Shown piece by piece: positions 59,671 through 64,000 of a stretch of 64,000 nucleotides of DNA. The notes under the pieces are model-generated. The model did not search any database. It saw nothing but the letters and a program-made list of their open reading frames with translations, and was not told the DNA's origin. How positions within the stretch are numbered: position 1 is the first letter of the stretch; the number at the start of each line of letters is the position of its first letter. The DNA comes from Macrostomum hystrix. Its lineage: Eukaryota > Animalia > Platyhelminthes. A program made the translations under genes and the position numbers. The DNA lies in contig CATNEN010000025.1 of NCBI GenBank assembly GCA_950097015.1, forward strand, positions 5,828,001-5,892,000, in the 5' to 3' direction.

Positions 59671-60546
59671 TCCACCCTATTTCCGTCATCCACCGCCCGC
59701 TTGCGGCTGGCGCAGCAGCTGCTGCTTCAGCTGCGCCAAGCCTCACCGTCAGTCGCTTGCCAGCGCTTCTGTAGCAGCCGATCTCCAAAAGACGATGACA
59801 ACAGCCAGACCGCTGAGCAGCAGTTCACGCACGACTACTGGATGCGCCGTTGGCAGTCGCTGGCTCCCGAGTCCGATGTTCCGGCAGCAGCCGCTGCAGC
59901 CGGCTGGCCGCGCTGGCACCGGCCCCAGGTGCATCCGTTTCTGATTCGCTACTGGCCCACGCTGCAAGCCGGTTTGAACCAGAACCAGCAGCAGCAGCAG
60001 CAGCAGGTCCTGGTGCCTCTGTGCGGCGCCAGCTTAGACCTGGCATGGCTAGCCGAACAGTCGGGCGTTGCCGGCGTTACGGGCGTCGACCTCGGCGGCG
60101 AGCCGGTGTTTCGTCGCCTAGGCCTCCAGCCTGCGCTCGACCGCTCCGACCTGTGCCCGGGCCTGCATTGCGTCCGCTCCGGCCGGCTGCGCCTGTACGG
60201 CGGCGACCTGTTTCACCCGGCCCTGAGTCGACTGGAGGCCGGCCGCTCCAACCTGGTGTGGGATCGCGGCTCCCTGGTGGTCATCAACGCTGCCGATCGT
60301 CGCGACTATGTGGCACTGCTGCACTCGCTGTGCGGCCCGGGTCACCGGACCCTGCTAGAGACCACCGTGTTCCCCAGGGCGCTGCACCCGGGACCGCCGT
60401 TCTGCATCGATCACGACCAGGTGATGTCGCTCTATAGCGAGCTGTACCACGTGCACCTGCTGGAGGTGTTCAGAGATGACGAGCGTAGACTGCTGTACAA
60501 CCTGCCTGAACTGTTCTATCATTATTATCTGCTAACTGCAAAATAA
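59671..60546 (+). CDS. TPMT: Thiopurine S-methyltransferase-like SAM-dependent methyltransferase with an N-terminal extension; no genomic ATG for the N-terminus
   Basis: HDYWMRRW, WHRPQVHPFL, VLVPLCGASLDLAWLA, VTGVDL, YGGDLF, VWDRGSLVVI...RRDYVALL and GPPFCI all match TPMT motifs. A phase-0 acceptor (cctttcag) lies at 59663-59670. Confidence 0.85.
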   Translation, partial: STLFPSSTARLRLAQQLLLQLRQASPSVACQRFCSSRSPKDDDNSQTAEQQFTHDYWMRRWQSLAPESDVPAAAAAAGWPRWHRPQVHPFLIRYWPTLQAGLNQNQQQQQQQVLVPLCGASLDLAWLAEQSGVAGVTGVDLGGEPVFRRLGLQPALDRSDLCPGLHCVRSGRLRLYGGDLFHPALSRLEAGRSNLVWDRGSLVVINAADRRDYVALLHSLCGPGHRTLLETTVFPRALHPGPPFCIDHDQVMSLYSELYHVHLLEVFRDDERRLLYNLPELFYHYYLLTAK

Positions 60547-60619
60547 TTCATTTCTGTTGCTACGCACTTTACGGACTACGGCTGTCCCTAGTTTTCTCTG
60601 ATCTTCTGATTAACACACA

Positions 60620-60874
60620 AGGGTAGCCAGTGGCACAGCCGCAGCTATTGCACAGCGCCTGTGTACAGCTCTTCAGTCCATGGACTGGTGTGGCCGCCAC
60701 CCCATCTAAATATCTACCCCAGCTGATGCTGGTACCAATTTCACTTCTAGCTAAACTGAAGCACTATGGGAGTGTATTGTCTTCCTCATTCACAAAAAGG
60801 GCTTCCCTTGGGTTGAGATTCGAACTCCCGATCTTTTAGCCAGAAGTCCGAATCTCGAAACCACTCGGCTACAA
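60620..60874 (-). mobile_element. SINE family B-related copy
   Basis: Minus-strand tRNA head (tagccgagtggtt...gggagttcgaatc), then ggtaccagcatcagctgg, ccagtccatggactgaa and caatagctgcggctgtg, all shared with 48958-49283. Confidence 0.75.
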
Positions 60875-60924
60875 TATCCCAGTCTCTTACCGTGACGGTC
60901 TCTTACTGCAAAGACTCCTGTGAA

Positions 60925-61160
60925 GTTCCCCTGACACCCCGCTGACACTCCATTGTTCGCCTGACACCCCGCTGACACTCCATTGTTCCCCTGACACCCT
61001 TCTGACACTCCATTGCTCCCCTGACACCCTTCTGACACTCCATTGTTCCCCTGACACCTTCTGACACTTTTTGTTCCCCTGACACCCTTCTGACACTATT
61101 TTGTTCCCCTGACACCCTTCTGACACTCCATTGCTCCCCTGACACCCCGCTGACACTCCA
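60925..61160. repeat. Minisatellite, 30-bp unit (ccctgacacccttctgacactccattgttc), about 8 copies
   Basis: Direct tandem repetition. Confidence 0.92.
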
Positions 61161-61479
61161 CTGTGTTTTGCCAGGTCATACAGATCATCTCCAATCGTAT
61201 TTGCATCTGTTCCGGTGCTGGCTTAATTTCGATATTGATTTTTTACAGTTTTTTTCCTACCCGATGAGAGTAAGTCCGGCTGATCATTTTTTTCACATAT
61301 AACTTATTTTTTTTCTCCATCATATATGTCTAGCTGTTGTATAAAGTTATCCAGACATTTATTACAAACTAGTTCTTGAAGTCGACTCTAGTGATTATAT
61401 TTTTTATTGGCACAATCGCAACTGTTTATGATTTTACGCTATTATTCATATCATGCTTGTTTGCTTTACCAGAACATCA

Positions 61480-62208
61480 TCTTCCAGATCCTCAGATTTA
61501 TCCCCATCCTCCTAAATCCTAAAGTTTATCCCATCTCTCATATCCTCATTTTTACCCCCAATCCCAGATCATAAGTTTTATCCCCTATTTGACCCCAGAT
61601 CCTAAGGTTTATCACCTATTTGATCCCAGATCCTAAGGTTTATCCCCTATTTGATCCCAGATCCTAAGGTTTATCCGTATCATCCCAAATTCTCGGTATT
61701 ATCCCCTATCCGATCCCAGATCCTAAGGTTTATCCCCTATCTGATCCCAAATCCTAAGGTTTATCCCCTATCAGATCCCAGATCCCAAGGTTTATCCCCT
61801 ATCAGATCCCAGATCCCAAGGTTTATCCTGTATCTGATCCCAGATCCTAAGGTTTATCCCCTATCCGATCCCAGATGCTACGGTTTATCCCCTATCTGAT
61901 CCCAGATCCTAAGGTTTATCCCCTATCTGATCCCAAATCCTAAGGTTTATCCCCTATCCGATCCCAGATACTACGGTTTATCCCCTATCCGATCCCAGAT
62001 CCTAAGGTTTATCCCCTATCCGATCCCAGATCCTAAGGTTTATCCCCTATCTGATCCCAAATCCTAAGGTTTATCCCCTATCTGATCCCAAATCCTAAGG
62101 TTTATCCCCTTTCTGATCCCAGATCCTAAGGTTTATCCCCTATCCGATCCCAGATCCTAGGGTTTATCCCGTATCTGATCCCAGATCCTAAGGTTTATCC
62201 CCTATCCT
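61480..62208. repeat. Minisatellite, 31-bp unit (gatcccagatcctaaggtttatcccctatct), about 23 copies
   Basis: Direct tandem repetition. Confidence 0.95.
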
Positions 62209-63189
62209 TCCTCATGTATTTCCCGTATCCTAGCTTAAATCCGCAGTTATTATACTATCAAATAAAATACCGGTAAATAATCCGTACAAAGCAATAATAA
62301 TAGTTGGAATTTGTTCTATGGCTTTCTATTATCGCGCCTGCTATTAATTTGTTTAAATAAACCATTCGCACTACTGCTTACCCTACAAAAGTAGTGTGCT
62401 CAGTTATCTGGCGTCGATTCTATGTAACCGCGAACTCAGAAATCTCTGTGGCGCATTGCTGCGCTCTTGTTTTCTTGTCCTAAATAGTCAATTCGCAATG
62501 AGTCCCAGAGCTGCTGGCAGCAGCTGCGATTTCCACATCCCCCGAGCCCATATAATCCCATTCTTCATGGCATCCCCCACTAGCGGCAGGTATTCTTCCA
62601 CTGACAGAATTGATGAATTGAGGCCGCGTGGACTCACTTCGTCTTACTCCAAACTGGACGAATTGGGGAGGGGGAGAAAGGATTGGGAAGGGTAGGTGTG
62701 ACGCCACCTGAGACCCGGCTGGCTCCTGTTTGGTGTCTGATAAGTGAGAAGTCACAATTACAGCCTTTATTTAGGATGGATGAGTTGGGGGAGACATTTG
62801 GCTAGAAATTGGGCCAACTTATCCCTTTCCCACACCTGGAGCAGGGAGGAAGAAGCTGACGTGAAACATTAGTCTTCTTTTTATTTATAATCCGGCTGAC
62901 AAAGATTTTCTGGTGCCCACTTTTTTCTTCTCCTAAGCCTTTTAGAATTAGTTTGTTAATTAAAGTTTTCCTTTGTCCTTTAACCAGCTTGCTTCTTGAG
63001 AAAGGGCTAAATAAACCCCATGTAAAAGGAGGAATTCTAGATTTTCAACTCCGACAAGGTCTAGGATTGGAATCTAGTTGTAGAATGTGGGATCAGAGAA
63101 TTGTTGTGAGTTGTCGTGAAGTATTCTCCTACGACAGTGCAAATTAGTAATTTGGAGCAGATGTACCTGCGTACAGTATCTGGCCCATG

Positions 63190-63300
63190 ATCCTTGCAGT
63201 GAATGTCACTAACGCTCGTTATTGGCTGGTTAGAAATGGGGTTGCTTGTGTCGGACCCCAGTCCATGGACTGAATAGTTTGTACGCAGCCTTTGGACTCA
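63190..63300 (+). mobile_element. SINE family B 3' fragment
   Basis: ccccagtccatggactgaatagtttgtacgcagcc matches the family B 3' part. Confidence 0.55.
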
Positions 63301-63844
63301 AATCGCTTCTATCATTTATCAATCTAGCTGGTACATAATCGCTTAGTAAAACTGCGAGTACAAAAATTATGGGGGAATCTGAATATTATTTCGATCTACA
63401 CTGGCCCCTGTCCCATCTGAGTTAGATAGATTATCTTGATTATTCGATCGTTGACTTTAAAGCTGGCCTTTCTGTCGTTCTGTTTTCGCGGCGGCGGTGG
63501 CGTGGAGAGGACTCAGGGTACACGAGCTCCAGAGATGGGGCCGCGACTGGGCGGGCCCGCCACAAGAGGCGGCTAATGAGGCCCAGGATTCTCTATAGTC
63601 ACTTCCCATTCCGTTTCTCCCGGCGGTCTCTCTTGGAGAGACCATCTCGGAGTGGGCCTGGGATTTGTTGAGCAGGATACGAAGTGAAGCCTAAAAAAAG
63701 GACTAAATTTAAACTTGTCTGTCAGGAATTGCACAAGTTGCTTCAGCTAACTGACTTAAGCTTAATTCCGCATATATTGCAGACGTGTTAGCGTGGCTGC
63801 GATTGGGAAAAATATTTCTTTGTAAATATGTAGATAAGAGATAT

Positions 63845-64000
63845 AGTGATTGAATGACTCTGGATGAGATAGATTGTGACTAAATCAGTCTATGGATGAG
63901 AATAGATAATGAATGATCAGTCTATATATGAGATAGATATTGACTGAACCAGTCTATAGATGAAATAGATAATAAATGATGAGTCTATAGATGAAATAGA
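63845..64000. repeat. Degenerate ~32-bp tandem repeat running off the window edge
   Basis: Recurrent gatgagatagat...cagtctat units. Confidence 0.7.

Noticed and set aside
7913-62208. Regular 28-39-bp repeat arrays as CRISPR arrays
   Set aside because: Units are head-to-tail with no unique spacers, there are no cas genes, and the context is eukaryotic spliced genes.
62300-63700. Short ORFs near the right edge as coding exons
   Set aside because: No recognisable homology and no consistent exon chain.
63960-64000. aTGATGA-GTC-TATA-GAT-GAAA resembling a minimal hammerhead ribozyme in a tandem repeat
   Set aside because: The catalytic C3 is missing, only the last unit has TGATGA, and stems I and III cannot be formed convincingly. 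It is also truncated by the window edge.

Overview
This is eukaryotic, intron-containing genomic DNA from an animal. The best inference is a flatworm, probably a free-living Macrostomum-like species, based on the flatworm-type TAL genes and the dense minisatellites; this cannot be confirmed without a search. Genes I could reconstruct by hand: (1) the 3' part of a BEN-domain ORF at the left edge; (2) exon 1 of eIF3e on the minus strand; (3) a 9-exon syntaxin-1 gene on the minus strand (29590->6058), with two alternative transmembrane terminal exons, a possible in-frame alternative 35-nt exon, and introns that make minisatellite about one third of the gene; (4) a cluster of four tegument-allergen-like (TAL) genes, three with EF-hands plus a dynein-light-chain (DLC) domain and one apparently DLC-only; (5) a divergent POT/SLC15-like MFS transporter; (6) three co-oriented compact genes, LAMTOR5, RBM8A and a TPMT-like methyltransferase. 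The TPMT-like frame has no suitable genomic ATG but has a phase-0 acceptor that would accept the flatworm spliced-leader AUG and create a mitochondrial-type presequence. Mobile DNA: a decayed APE-RT LINE, two tRNA-derived SINE families, a tRNA-Lys pseudogene, and three non-autonomous TIR elements with 8-bp target-site duplications. One of these contains a minisatellite and one is a 2.9-kb cargo carrier. Most long ORFs in the supplied track are read-throughs of tandem repeats. There are no CRISPR arrays or prokaryotic features.
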